Source of the DNA: Polyangiaceae bacterium
Lineage (GTDB): Bacteria; Myxococcota_A; Polyangia; Polyangiales; Polyangiaceae
Length of the DNA: 64,000 nt
Reading direction: 5' to 3'
Assembly: GCA_044376115.1 (NCBI GenBank)
Contig: JBILLK010000007.1
Coordinates: forward strand, 325,743-389,742
This document shows, in pieces, positions 37,719 to 45,824 of this stretch (position 1 is its first letter; every line of letters starts with the position of its first letter). The position numbers and the translations under genes were made by a program. Below the pieces are notes generated by a model. That model was not told the origin of the DNA. It saw only the letters and a program-made list of their open reading frames with translations, and did not search any database.

Positions 37719-38048
37719 GTGGCACGGCGCCCGCCCCACCGGAATGAGCGGGGCTCCCATGACCGGGGCCCGCGTCCTCCCATCGAGAATGAAGTTATGC
37801 GTGAGGAGCTCACCCCCCTCGGAAAGCTCGTTACGCTGATCGCGCGCGCTCTCGTAGACAACCCCGAGCAGGTTATGGTTCGGGAATCGGCCAATGAGCA
37901 TCATCCTCGAGTGGAGCTGTCGGTCTCCCCGGATGACATTGGGAAGGTGATCGGCAAGGACGGCCGCACTGCGCAAAGCATTCGTATGTTGCTTGGTGCA
38001 GCGGCGATGCGCGCTGGAAAGCGCGCCCACCTCGATATCGTCGACTGA
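37719..38048 (+). CDS. khpA: KH-domain RNA-binding protein KhpA
   Basis: ALVDNPEQV, DIGKVIGKDGRTAQSIR; canonical position after rpsP. Confidence 0.93.
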   Translation: MARRPPHRNERGSHDRGPRPPIENEVMREELTPLGKLVTLIARALVDNPEQVMVRESANEHHPRVELSVSPDDIGKVIGKDGRTAQSIRMLLGAAAMRAGKRAHLDIVD

Positions 38049-38148
38049 TAGCCGGACCTTCGGCGCTCACGATTGAAACAAAGGCACTACGAGCGCATCG
38101 CGCTCGTTAGGTGCTTTTGTCATTTTGTCGGCTTTTTCAACCGAAGGT

Positions 38149-39717
38149 TCACTTGCGGACGTGAACGGTGATCGTCTCTTCGGCCAGCGGGACGATCTCG
38201 GAGAAGCCAGTCGGCACCGCTGGACCGGCCCAGGTAAAGAGGCGTCGCGCGTCGATCGGCGTGAGCGCGATGTTGTGGAACTGCTTCGCCTCGCCGACGC
38301 TGTCCGAAAGGTAGGAGCCCACCAACGAATAGCCGGGGGCGAATTGCATGGCGCACGGCGCATGCTCGACCTCGAAGGCTTCGTTCACTTCGCGCGGGTC
38401 GAGGGTAATCGTGTTGGCTTTGGAGGTGATGGTAAACGTACCCTGAACCGTCGTTGCTGCCTGCGCGTCGGCGGGTGCGTCCTTCGGCCCCAACACCTCG
38501 CGACCGCTCGAAATCAGCGTGGTGTAGATCGGCTTGCGACCTTCGTAGAGCGTCATGGTTTGCAGCGCCAGGCTGACGTCGATCCACTTGCCACCGTCGC
38601 TTACGAAGTCGGGGAACTTGTTGCGCTTCACCACCTTGATCAGGTCGCGGTCGCGGAACCAAACGCCGTCCTCCGTCTCTTCGTAGCGCACCTGCTCCAC
38701 GGTGCGGAACCGACCGCTGAGGTGTACGTGGCTACGGCGATCGACCTCGTCGTCCTCGAGCCGCTCCGCCTTGCCCTTGCTCAACGCGTACGGCGCAACC
38801 TCATGCCGCAAGACGAAGCCGAGCGGCAGGCCTTTCTCCTTCGTCAGGTCCACGCCATGCCAGGTTGAACCAAGGGCTGGGTCCACGCGGTCGAGCGGGA
38901 TCAGGTTGGACTCCGGAGTGACGCCAAAGCGACGCGAACCGTTGGGGCCAGGCAGATCGACGCTCGCAACGATCGCGAGCCCGCTGCCTTTGCGCAGTGT
39001 GCGCGCGACCGGGGGCGCATCGGGGCGCTCAGCGGGCGGTTGGGCGAGAAGCGGGCTCTCAAAGAAGGAGCGCGCGGTGCGCTTGCCGTTGGCGTCGACT
39101 CCCACCGACGACTTGGTCAACATCGCAGGCCCGCGGGCAACGCCGCGTTCGTCGAGCCCCACGTCGTTGGCTCCGACGGTGAGCGACTTGGGCTCGGCTT
39201 TCGCGGTCTTTGCGAGGTGTTGCGCGAGGTTCGGTTCGTTCGCGAGCTGCTCCTCGGGCGAGGGCACCCGAGCGTAAAGCGGGCTCACCGTGCGAAGGAC
39301 GGCGTATCGATAGGGCAGCGCACGATCGCTATCGGCGTCGGGTAAAGCCGAAGGTTTCGCTTGGGGATCGATGGTTTCGTCAGCGCAGACGAACCCGCGC
39401 GGGCGCACTGCAAAGTAGCCCTCGGGGCAGAGATCGGTCTTGCGTACCGTCTTGTCGCTGCGTGCAATGGAACTCCCGGTCGCCAAGGTTCCGATGCGAG
39501 GCGAGCTCTTGGACGGGCGTTCGAAGACGGGGACTCCCGCCTGTTTGGCGGTGAGCCTTGTGGCGCCCTCCGCCACATCCATGTGCGTGAACATGCCCGG
39601 GTCCACATCGGACTCAACGCTCTTCTTGGATAGCGAGACGTCGGCGTTGGCGCCCTTGCACGAGAGAGCGGCCAAGGCGGCGAGGCCGAGCAATCCGAGC
39701 GACGAGACTTTGTTCAT
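38149..39717 (-). CDS. L,D-transpeptidase (YkuD)-fold lipoprotein with degenerate catalytic motif
   Basis: Lipobox ALSC. KWIDVSLALQTMTLYEGRKPIYTTLISSG, TVQGTFTITSK and PIDARRLF are recognisable. The HxxnSHGC motif is replaced by SLVGSY..QFHNIAL. Confidence 0.8.
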   Translation of the reverse strand: MNKVSSLGLLGLAALAALSCKGANADVSLSKKSVESDVDPGMFTHMDVAEGATRLTAKQAGVPVFERPSKSSPRIGTLATGSSIARSDKTVRKTDLCPEGYFAVRPRGFVCADETIDPQAKPSALPDADSDRALPYRYAVLRTVSPLYARVPSPEEQLANEPNLAQHLAKTAKAEPKSLTVGANDVGLDERGVARGPAMLTKSSVGVDANGKRTARSFFESPLLAQPPAERPDAPPVARTLRKGSGLAIVASVDLPGPNGSRRFGVTPESNLIPLDRVDPALGSTWHGVDLTKEKGLPLGFVLRHEVAPYALSKGKAERLEDDEVDRRSHVHLSGRFRTVEQVRYEETEDGVWFRDRDLIKVVKRNKFPDFVSDGGKWIDVSLALQTMTLYEGRKPIYTTLISSGREVLGPKDAPADAQAATTVQGTFTITSKANTITLDPREVNEAFEVEHAPCAMQFAPGYSLVGSYLSDSVGEAKQFHNIALTPIDARRLFTWAGPAVPTGFSEIVPLAEETITVHVRK

Positions 39718-39889
39718 GGCGACTTGCGCATGCCTGATCCAACGACATCCGGACAACAAAACGGCTCTTTCGTTTGAGTGTGGAGGTGCCGCTCGTCATC
39801 TGGATGAGCAGCTTGGCCAACCCGTGCGTCGCGTCATCCTGCAGCAGTTGTAAGCTTCAAAGAGGTCGCGCGTGATACGCTCCGACGCT

Positions 39890-41227
39890 ATGGCCGCCGG
39901 GCGATTCTTGAGCTTTTTGCAGCTGACCTTCGTCACTTTCGTTGGAGTGCTCAGCTGCGCAGAAAGCAGCGGCAGCTCCTGCAAACTCAACAGCGATTGT
40001 TTGGACGCCTACTGTCGCGACGGCGTGTGTACGCAGGACTGCGTTGACGCTGCGAAAGACTGCCCCAAGGGCTACGTCTGCAACAGCATCGCGCAGTGCG
40101 AATACGGGGGGCCTGTAGCTGGTGCTGGTGGGGCCATCACGCAAGGCGGTGCCGGAGGCCAAAACGCGGGCGGCGCGCCGATGACTTCAAGCGGTCCTGG
40201 AGGGGGTGGCCAGAACCCAGACGCCAGCTCTTCGAGCACGGGAGGTGCTGGTGGTAACCCACCGGAATTGAACGAAGATCTCACCCTCTGCCAGACCGAC
40301 GACGAGTGTACCTCAGGGCTTTGCAAACCAATGACGCCCAGCGGGGTCAAGCGTTGTACCAAGTCCTGCACTGCAAGCTCTCAGTGTTACAGCGGTTTCC
40401 GGTGCGAGACTGAAGGCGCGGACAAGGTTTGCCGAGCCTCCGACATTGGCCGCTCATGCAACGCCGCGGGGCAATGCAACTTCGCCTGTCTTTCGCCGCT
40501 CAACCACTGCACCTCCGAATGCGACAACGCCGCCGACTGCCCCAACGGTTACGGCTGCACCGACGCGGGCGGCACAAAAGTCTGTGTACGGTTGGCTGCT
40601 GATTGCGCCGCCGACACGTCGCAGTGCGTCGCCGCCAACGTTTGTGACACCTCGCTCGTCGTCTCGAGCTGCTCGATGGCCTGCACTACCGCTGCTGATT
40701 GTCCGCAGCGAGCCAACGGGCTTCCGCCTTGGACTTGTGACGGCCTCTGCCGGCGTCCGCCCGACGTCTACGGCCCGTTGCCTGGTGGTTACGAACCAGC
40801 GCAGTGGTCGTGCAACTTCAACGGTGACGTCGTCAATGTATGCAACGACGGCCTCCACATCGACTTTGATGCGTTCTCCCAGCCCGCTGCTCCGCAGGTG
40901 AGCTGCAACTCACCCACCACCACCGACGGACTTCCGGGCGATGCCTGCCTCGACAGCTGCCGCTATCGCGGCGGCTGCCCGTTCGGCTTCGCTTGCTCTG
41001 GCCTGGCCGAGCTTCCTAGCGGCCGCATCGGGCTTTGCGTCTACTCCGGCGGGGAGGAGGTCGGCAGTGCGTGCAGCTCCAACGGCGAGTGTGCGTTCGG
41101 CCTTTGTTCAGAGGCCGGCGTATGCGCGAGAGATTGCTCTCGCGACAACGTGTGCCCGTCTGGCTCGAGCTGTGTCGCGCAAGGAGGTCCGCTTATCGAA
41201 GGACTTCCGTACAAGATCTGTCAGTAG
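39890..41227 (+). CDS. Cys-rich repeat lipoprotein, unknown function
   Basis: Lipobox VLSC, repeated C..D.DC..G..C modules, Gly-rich linker. Confidence 0.82.
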   Translation: MAAGRFLSFLQLTFVTFVGVLSCAESSGSSCKLNSDCLDAYCRDGVCTQDCVDAAKDCPKGYVCNSIAQCEYGGPVAGAGGAITQGGAGGQNAGGAPMTSSGPGGGGQNPDASSSSTGGAGGNPPELNEDLTLCQTDDECTSGLCKPMTPSGVKRCTKSCTASSQCYSGFRCETEGADKVCRASDIGRSCNAAGQCNFACLSPLNHCTSECDNAADCPNGYGCTDAGGTKVCVRLAADCAADTSQCVAANVCDTSLVVSSCSMACTTAADCPQRANGLPPWTCDGLCRRPPDVYGPLPGGYEPAQWSCNFNGDVVNVCNDGLHIDFDAFSQPAAPQVSCNSPTTTDGLPGDACLDSCRYRGGCPFGFACSGLAELPSGRIGLCVYSGGEEVGSACSSNGECAFGLCSEAGVCARDCSRDNVCPSGSSCVAQGGPLIEGLPYKICQ

Positions 41228-41269
41228 CAATCAGTCGCAAGCGAAAAGCCGTTTGTTCGGGGTGTGCCG

Positions 41270-42457
41270 TCAGCGTGCAGCGCGGGGATCGGGCAACGAC
41301 AATAGATGCCCGTTGCGACCGATGCCCAAGCGTTGGCCGCGCCAAACCACCGTGCGACTGCGCAGCGCGCTGAAGAGCGCGAGCAACAGTACGACGTCCC
41401 CGGCGAGCATCAGATGGAGTGGGGGAGCCTCGACGCCGCACAGCTTTGCCGACAAGCGGCCAAGGGCCAAACGCGAACTCAGGGCTAGCGACGTGGCAAC
41501 AGCGTTGGCGATCGAAGGACCAAGCAGCAGGCAGGCCACGACGATCGGCAGCGTCGCGCAGAAGAGCAGCGGGTAGCTGGTGAGCAGGGCAGGGCGCTGC
41601 GACCGAACGACGGTAAGCCAGCGACCGAAACGCTCGACCACCTCCGCCGGCTCGCGGCCTGATGCTCGCGAGCGAACCACGAACGGCATCGCGCGGACTG
41701 TTTCACCTTGGAGGCGGAGTCTGCGAGCGAGCTCGACGTCCTCGCCGAGCACCTCGCGCAGGGCCTCGAACCCGCCCATCCGCTCCAAGCTCGCGCGCTT
41801 CACAGCAAACAGCTTCCCGACCATGCCCGACGGATCCAACCCCGATAGCACCGGGAAAGCGTGAAGGGACGCAGTCAAAACCGCAGCCGACAAGCGATCG
41901 CCAGTCGTTGGCGAGATGGGAACCTCAACCGGCGGTACCCAGGTTGCGCCTACGTTGGCTTCTTCACGAAGAGGCGTCAGCATTCGCTGGAACTCGAGGC
42001 CCTGCAGATCGACGTCGCTGTCGGCAGCCACGATGATCGAGCGCTCTGGCGATAGCTGAGCCACGACCGCGGCGAGCTGAGCAGCCTTGTTGTTTGGGCC
42101 GCCGGCTCGGGTGACCACCGCTTCCGCCAGCATCCCGCGCGCGCGCAACTCCTCGGCCACGGCTTCCGCGACCCCGAGCGCAGCGTCTTCGGGCTCCGAC
42201 ACCGCGAAGACCACCCGCAACCCGTCTGCGTTTTTGAGCGCCGCACTCGAACGAAGGTTGTGCGCAAGATTCGGCTCGAAGCCGCGACATGGACGAATCA
42301 GCACCACGTCATCGGCATGGTGGAGGCCGCTTTGTGCTCCGTTGCGTACGGTCTGCTTGCGCTTCCACGCTCGCGCCAATGCGACGCTGGAGGCGCCAAT
42401 TACCGTGCCCGTCCACGCAAGCAGCCCAGCGCTCGCGACTTCCTGAAGCGCGCTCAC
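41270..42457 (-). CDS. GT2/GT21 (HpnI/ceramide glucosyltransferase-like) glycosyltransferase, probable carotenoid glycosyltransferase
   Basis: IRPCRG.E, PNNK, ADSD, GGFEAL..LGEDV, GRW, C-terminal TMs; coupled to the crtC stop. Confidence 0.8.
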   Translation of the reverse strand: MSALQEVASAGLLAWTGTVIGASSVALARAWKRKQTVRNGAQSGLHHADDVVLIRPCRGFEPNLAHNLRSSAALKNADGLRVVFAVSEPEDAALGVAEAVAEELRARGMLAEAVVTRAGGPNNKAAQLAAVVAQLSPERSIIVAADSDVDLQGLEFQRMLTPLREEANVGATWVPPVEVPISPTTGDRLSAAVLTASLHAFPVLSGLDPSGMVGKLFAVKRASLERMGGFEALREVLGEDVELARRLRLQGETVRAMPFVVRSRASGREPAEVVERFGRWLTVVRSQRPALLTSYPLLFCATLPIVVACLLLGPSIANAVATSLALSSRLALGRLSAKLCGVEAPPLHLMLAGDVVLLLALFSALRSRTVVWRGQRLGIGRNGHLLSLPDPRAAR

Positions 42458-43512
42458 GCTGTTACCCGCCTGATCCTCATCGGCAAGAGCGCCTGGACGA
42501 AGCGTGAGCGAAAGCGGTCGAGGGAGAGGCTCTCGTGCATCGCCAGGCCCGTTGCGCCGCGGAAGCGCATCTCCACGGCGCTGCGCGAATAGAACGGCGT
42601 GTCTTCGAGTGTGCGTTCGACGGTTGGACGCAGACCTCGTTCGGCGCGGACTTCTCGGTCGAGGCGGTACCCGGTCGCTGCAAGATCGTGCGGCACCAAG
42701 TCGTCCACGCTGCTTACGTTGCCGGCCTCGTCAAACAACAGGTCGAGCTTGCTATTGCCACCATTGCGACGGCGCACGGCGTAGGAGACCAGCGCGCCGC
42801 GCCCAACCGGCAGACGGGACCACGCCCAATCGTTGAAGCCGTTCTCGAGCGGCTCGTCCCCAGCGTTGGCATCGAAGTAGCCGGCCCCGTTGAAGCTCAA
42901 CCCAGGTTCGCTCATCGTCACGTTCACGCGCGCTGAAGGAGCGATCGGCCACCAGGTGTGGCAACCTCCTGCGGCGAGCGTGTGCGGGGTCCCCGAGAGG
43001 GCGATCGGGTCGAGCGTGACTTTGCCTTTGATGCGTTGTCGGAAGGGCGCCGTTACCTCGTTGATCTCGACGATCACTCGACCACCTTCGTAACGAATCG
43101 AGCTAGGGCCGATCGCGAGCGCGTCTTGCTGACGGAAGGCGCCTCGTCGTTCGGTGAGCGACCAACTGCGACTGTTGGGCCCGTAGAGCGCGACATTCAT
43201 CGTCACGAAATCGAGCGGGTTGGCTTTGCCTTTGCGGCGCGCCGCTGCGTAGTACGGCGAAAATACGTTGCCGAGCATCGCGATGATCACGATGCCGTGA
43301 CGACGATCGTCGCTCAGCGCATCCAGGTACCACCAAACGTACCCGTCGCTCGGAAGATCCCGGTTGAACGCTGGCCCTCCGAAATGGTGTCGGCGGCCAA
43401 CTTCCCCGATAGCGCTGCCATCGGCACCCCAGAGCCTGGGTGAACGGAGCCGCCCGCCAGGTACAAGCCGCGAATGGAGCTCTGACTGCCCGCTCGCGAG
43501 AAGCTGGACCAC
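42454..43512 (-). CDS. crtC: Carotenoid 1,2-hydratase (hydroxyneurosporene synthase)
   Basis: GYVWWYLDALSDD, GNVFSPYY, NVALYG, H.WWPIAP, GYFDANAGDEPLE, LEDTPFYSRS, HESLSLDRF. Start uncertain: the nearest in-frame canonical start is GTG 43512, inside crtD. Confidence 0.88.
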   Translation of the reverse strand: MVQLLASGQSELHSRLVPGGRLRSPRLWGADGSAIGEVGRRHHFGGPAFNRDLPSDGYVWWYLDALSDDRRHGIVIIAMLGNVFSPYYAAARRKGKANPLDFVTMNVALYGPNSRSWSLTERRGAFRQQDALAIGPSSIRYEGGRVIVEINEVTAPFRQRIKGKVTLDPIALSGTPHTLAAGGCHTWWPIAPSARVNVTMSEPGLSFNGAGYFDANAGDEPLENGFNDWAWSRLPVGRGALVSYAVRRRNGGNSKLDLLFDEAGNVSSVDDLVPHDLAATGYRLDREVRAERGLRPTVERTLEDTPFYSRSAVEMRFRGATGLAMHESLSLDRFRSRFVQALLPMRIRRVTA

Positions 43513-44825
43513 ATCCCCGCTGTCGCCGCTCCGTACAGCGCTCCGCCCGTCCCCGGGAACCTCTCGGCGAAGTCCGCGGGCGTCGTCACGATCGTTTTGC
43601 CCACGCTCGTGCAGCTCAGTTGATGCCTCTCCAACGCTCGAAATAGGTTCTGCTCGCATTGCTCACGCTCCGAAGAAGTAGCTTGGCCCCCAAGCGCGGG
43701 AGCATTGACGATGAAGAAGAGCCGCTCGGGCCCAGGGTTGTTCGCGGAACCGAGTTCTCGGTCCTGCGCACAGATGTAGACAGACGGCTCCGAGGGGACC
43801 TCTCCGCGTTCGATCGCTTCGAACTCACGCGGGTAGTCGTCAGAGAAAAAGACGTTGTGGCGAAGGAGCTCGCGGCCCTTCGTCTCGAACCTGCCAGCCA
43901 CGGTGACCGCAGACAGCGAGCGCGGTGAAGTATTCGCGCTCTGCTTCTGAGCGGCGCCACCGAGGAGGCCGTCTTTGAGCGCAGCGATATCCCCGTTGAA
44001 CACCACGTGCTTCGCGTTCAAGACCTCGCCATCCGCGAGTCGCACGCCGGTGACAGCTCCACCCGAGACGAGCACTTGAGCGACGTGCGCGTTGACCCGC
44101 AACACCGCGCCGTTGGCTGCTGCTGCCTGGGCTAGTGCCTGCGGCAACTGACGCATTCCGCCGTTGACGCTCCATACGCCCTCGCGTTCGACGTGCGCGA
44201 TGCAGTTGAGCGTGCCAGGTGCGTGAAAGGGCGACGAGCCACAGTAGGTGGCGTAGCGACCAAACAGCTGCAGCAACCTCGGATCGGTAAAAAAGCTACG
44301 CAGCGCGCTCCACATGGTTCGTGTCGAGTCGATCTGTGTAAGCAGCGCTGGCCGCTTGGCCGCCGCTCCCATCATGCTGGTGAGGGTCGGGCGCGGAGAC
44401 TCGATGAACGGTTCGCGCACGAGCTCCCAGATTCGCTTCGAGTGCGCGGCAAACGCTCGATAGCCGTCAGCGTTGCGTTGGTCCGACATCCGCGCGATGG
44501 CGGCGGCGCTCGCGTCCACGTCCTCGAACAGATCGAGCTCTGCGCCGTCCGCCCAGCTGTGCCGTGCGAGCGTCGTCAGCCGCGTCAACTGCACGGCCTT
44601 CTCGAGTGAGAGCCCTGCTTCGTCGAACACGCGCTCGAGAGCCCAGCGCATCGTCAGAACGGTGGGACCGACATCCACTGGCGCGCCGCCGACATCCTCG
44701 GCGCGGACCTTGCCACCGAGCGCGCCGCCTCGTTCAAGGACGGTTACCTGAAAACCGCGACGGGCTAGCAGCGCTGCTGCCGAGAGTCCGCCAATGCCAG
44801 CCCCGATGACGATGACCTGCTGCAC
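43314..44825 (-). CDS. crtD: 1-hydroxycarotenoid 3,4-desaturase (CrtI family)
   Basis: VIGAGIGG, DVGPTVLTM, LARHSW, QLFGRYATYCGSSPF.AP, FPGTGGALYG, GGSVHPGSGVPMAALSG; adjacent to crtC. Confidence 0.9.
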   Translation of the reverse strand: MQQVIVIGAGIGGLSAAALLARRGFQVTVLERGGALGGKVRAEDVGGAPVDVGPTVLTMRWALERVFDEAGLSLEKAVQLTRLTTLARHSWADGAELDLFEDVDASAAAIARMSDQRNADGYRAFAAHSKRIWELVREPFIESPRPTLTSMMGAAAKRPALLTQIDSTRTMWSALRSFFTDPRLLQLFGRYATYCGSSPFHAPGTLNCIAHVEREGVWSVNGGMRQLPQALAQAAAANGAVLRVNAHVAQVLVSGGAVTGVRLADGEVLNAKHVVFNGDIAALKDGLLGGAAQKQSANTSPRSLSAVTVAGRFETKGRELLRHNVFFSDDYPREFEAIERGEVPSEPSVYICAQDRELGSANNPGPERLFFIVNAPALGGQATSSEREQCEQNLFRALERHQLSCTSVGKTIVTTPADFAERFPGTGGALYGAATAGMWSSFSRAGSQSSIRGLYLAGGSVHPGSGVPMAALSGKLAADTISEGQRSTGIFRATGTFGGTWMR

Positions 44826-44854
44826 GCCCTCAAGCTGAACCTTGTTTGAACGTC

Positions 44855-44892
44855 TGTCAATTGTTTGAGTCGATATTGACAAAGATTGTACA
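44855..44892. promoter_or_regulatory. Divergent crtD/crtE promoter region with back-to-back TTGACA elements and CarH/CarA-like TnnACA repeats
   Basis: AT-rich. TGTCAAT(44855-61)-N13-ATTGACA(44875-81). TTGACA at 44876 and TGTACA at 44887 are 11 bp apart. Confidence 0.6.
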
Positions 44893-44909
44893 CGTGCGAT
44901 GGTAGCTCG

Positions 44910-45824
44910 ATGGATTCAGCTCGTCCTCGAATCGAGCGCGCACTCGAGCGCGCCTTCAACGCACTCGATGATCGCGACGGCCCTCCGCAGTTAGCGACGG
45001 CGCTTCGTTACGCCGTATTCCCTGGCGGTGCGCGGCTGCGACCACAGCTGACCATGCTCGTCGCGGAGGCCCTCGGCGATTCGGAGCCGCGCGTGACCGA
45101 GGCCGCTGCGTCGGCGTTGGAGCTCGTTCACTGTGCCTCGCTCGTGCATGACGACCTCCCGTGCTTCGATGATGCAAACCTTAGACGAGGTCGTCCAACG
45201 CTGCACGTAGCCTTCGATGAACCCACCGCCGTGTTGGTTGGAGACGCGCTGATTGTCATGGCCTTTCAGACTCTTGCCGGCGCCGCACCCCAGAAGCCCG
45301 AGCGACTTCCGCTCCTGGTCCGAGCGCTCGCGAGGGGCGTCGGGCATCCGCGAGGCATCATCGCTGGGCAGGCATGGGAGTCGCAGCCTGGCGTTTCTCT
45401 TTTGACCTATCACAGCGCGAAGACGGCGGCCTTGTTCGAGTCGGCGTGTGCGTTGGGGGCGCTCTCTGCGGGGGCGGATCCTGCGCCTTGGCGTCCAGTC
45501 GGGGAGCTGCTCGGGCGCGCCTACCAAGTTGCAGACGATCTTGCCGACGCAACGGCGTCGGATGAAGAGATGGGCAAGTCAGCAGGTCGGGATGCCGCAC
45601 GTGGCCGTCCGAGCGCCTTTCGCCGGTTGGGTCACGAGGGTTGTCACGAGTTGCTGAGCAACCTGCTCGCCTCCGCGTCGGATGCGGTGCCGGAGTGCCC
45701 GGGGCAGGAGCGTGTGCGCAGCTGGCTAAGTGAGTCGACCTTGGGGGTCTTGCGGCTGCGCAGCGAGCACCCCAGCGATCAGCGGGATACGGAGCCGCAC
45801 GCTCGAGCATCAGGAGGTGAGTGA
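44910..45824 (+). CDS. crtE: Geranylgeranyl diphosphate synthase
   Basis: AVFPGGARLRP, HCASLVHDDLPCFDDANLRRG, GQAWE, KT, YQVADD. Confidence 0.92.
   Translation: MDSARPRIERALERAFNALDDRDGPPQLATALRYAVFPGGARLRPQLTMLVAEALGDSEPRVTEAAASALELVHCASLVHDDLPCFDDANLRRGRPTLHVAFDEPTAVLVGDALIVMAFQTLAGAAPQKPERLPLLVRALARGVGHPRGIIAGQAWESQPGVSLLTYHSAKTAALFESACALGALSAGADPAPWRPVGELLGRAYQVADDLADATASDEEMGKSAGRDAARGRPSAFRRLGHEGCHELLSNLLASASDAVPECPGQERVRSWLSESTLGVLRLRSEHPSDQRDTEPHARASGGE

Noticed and set aside
44843..44892. PpsR/CrtJ palindrome TGT-N12-ACA
   Set aside because: I checked each TGT/ACA pair in the spacer and none has 12-nt spacing.
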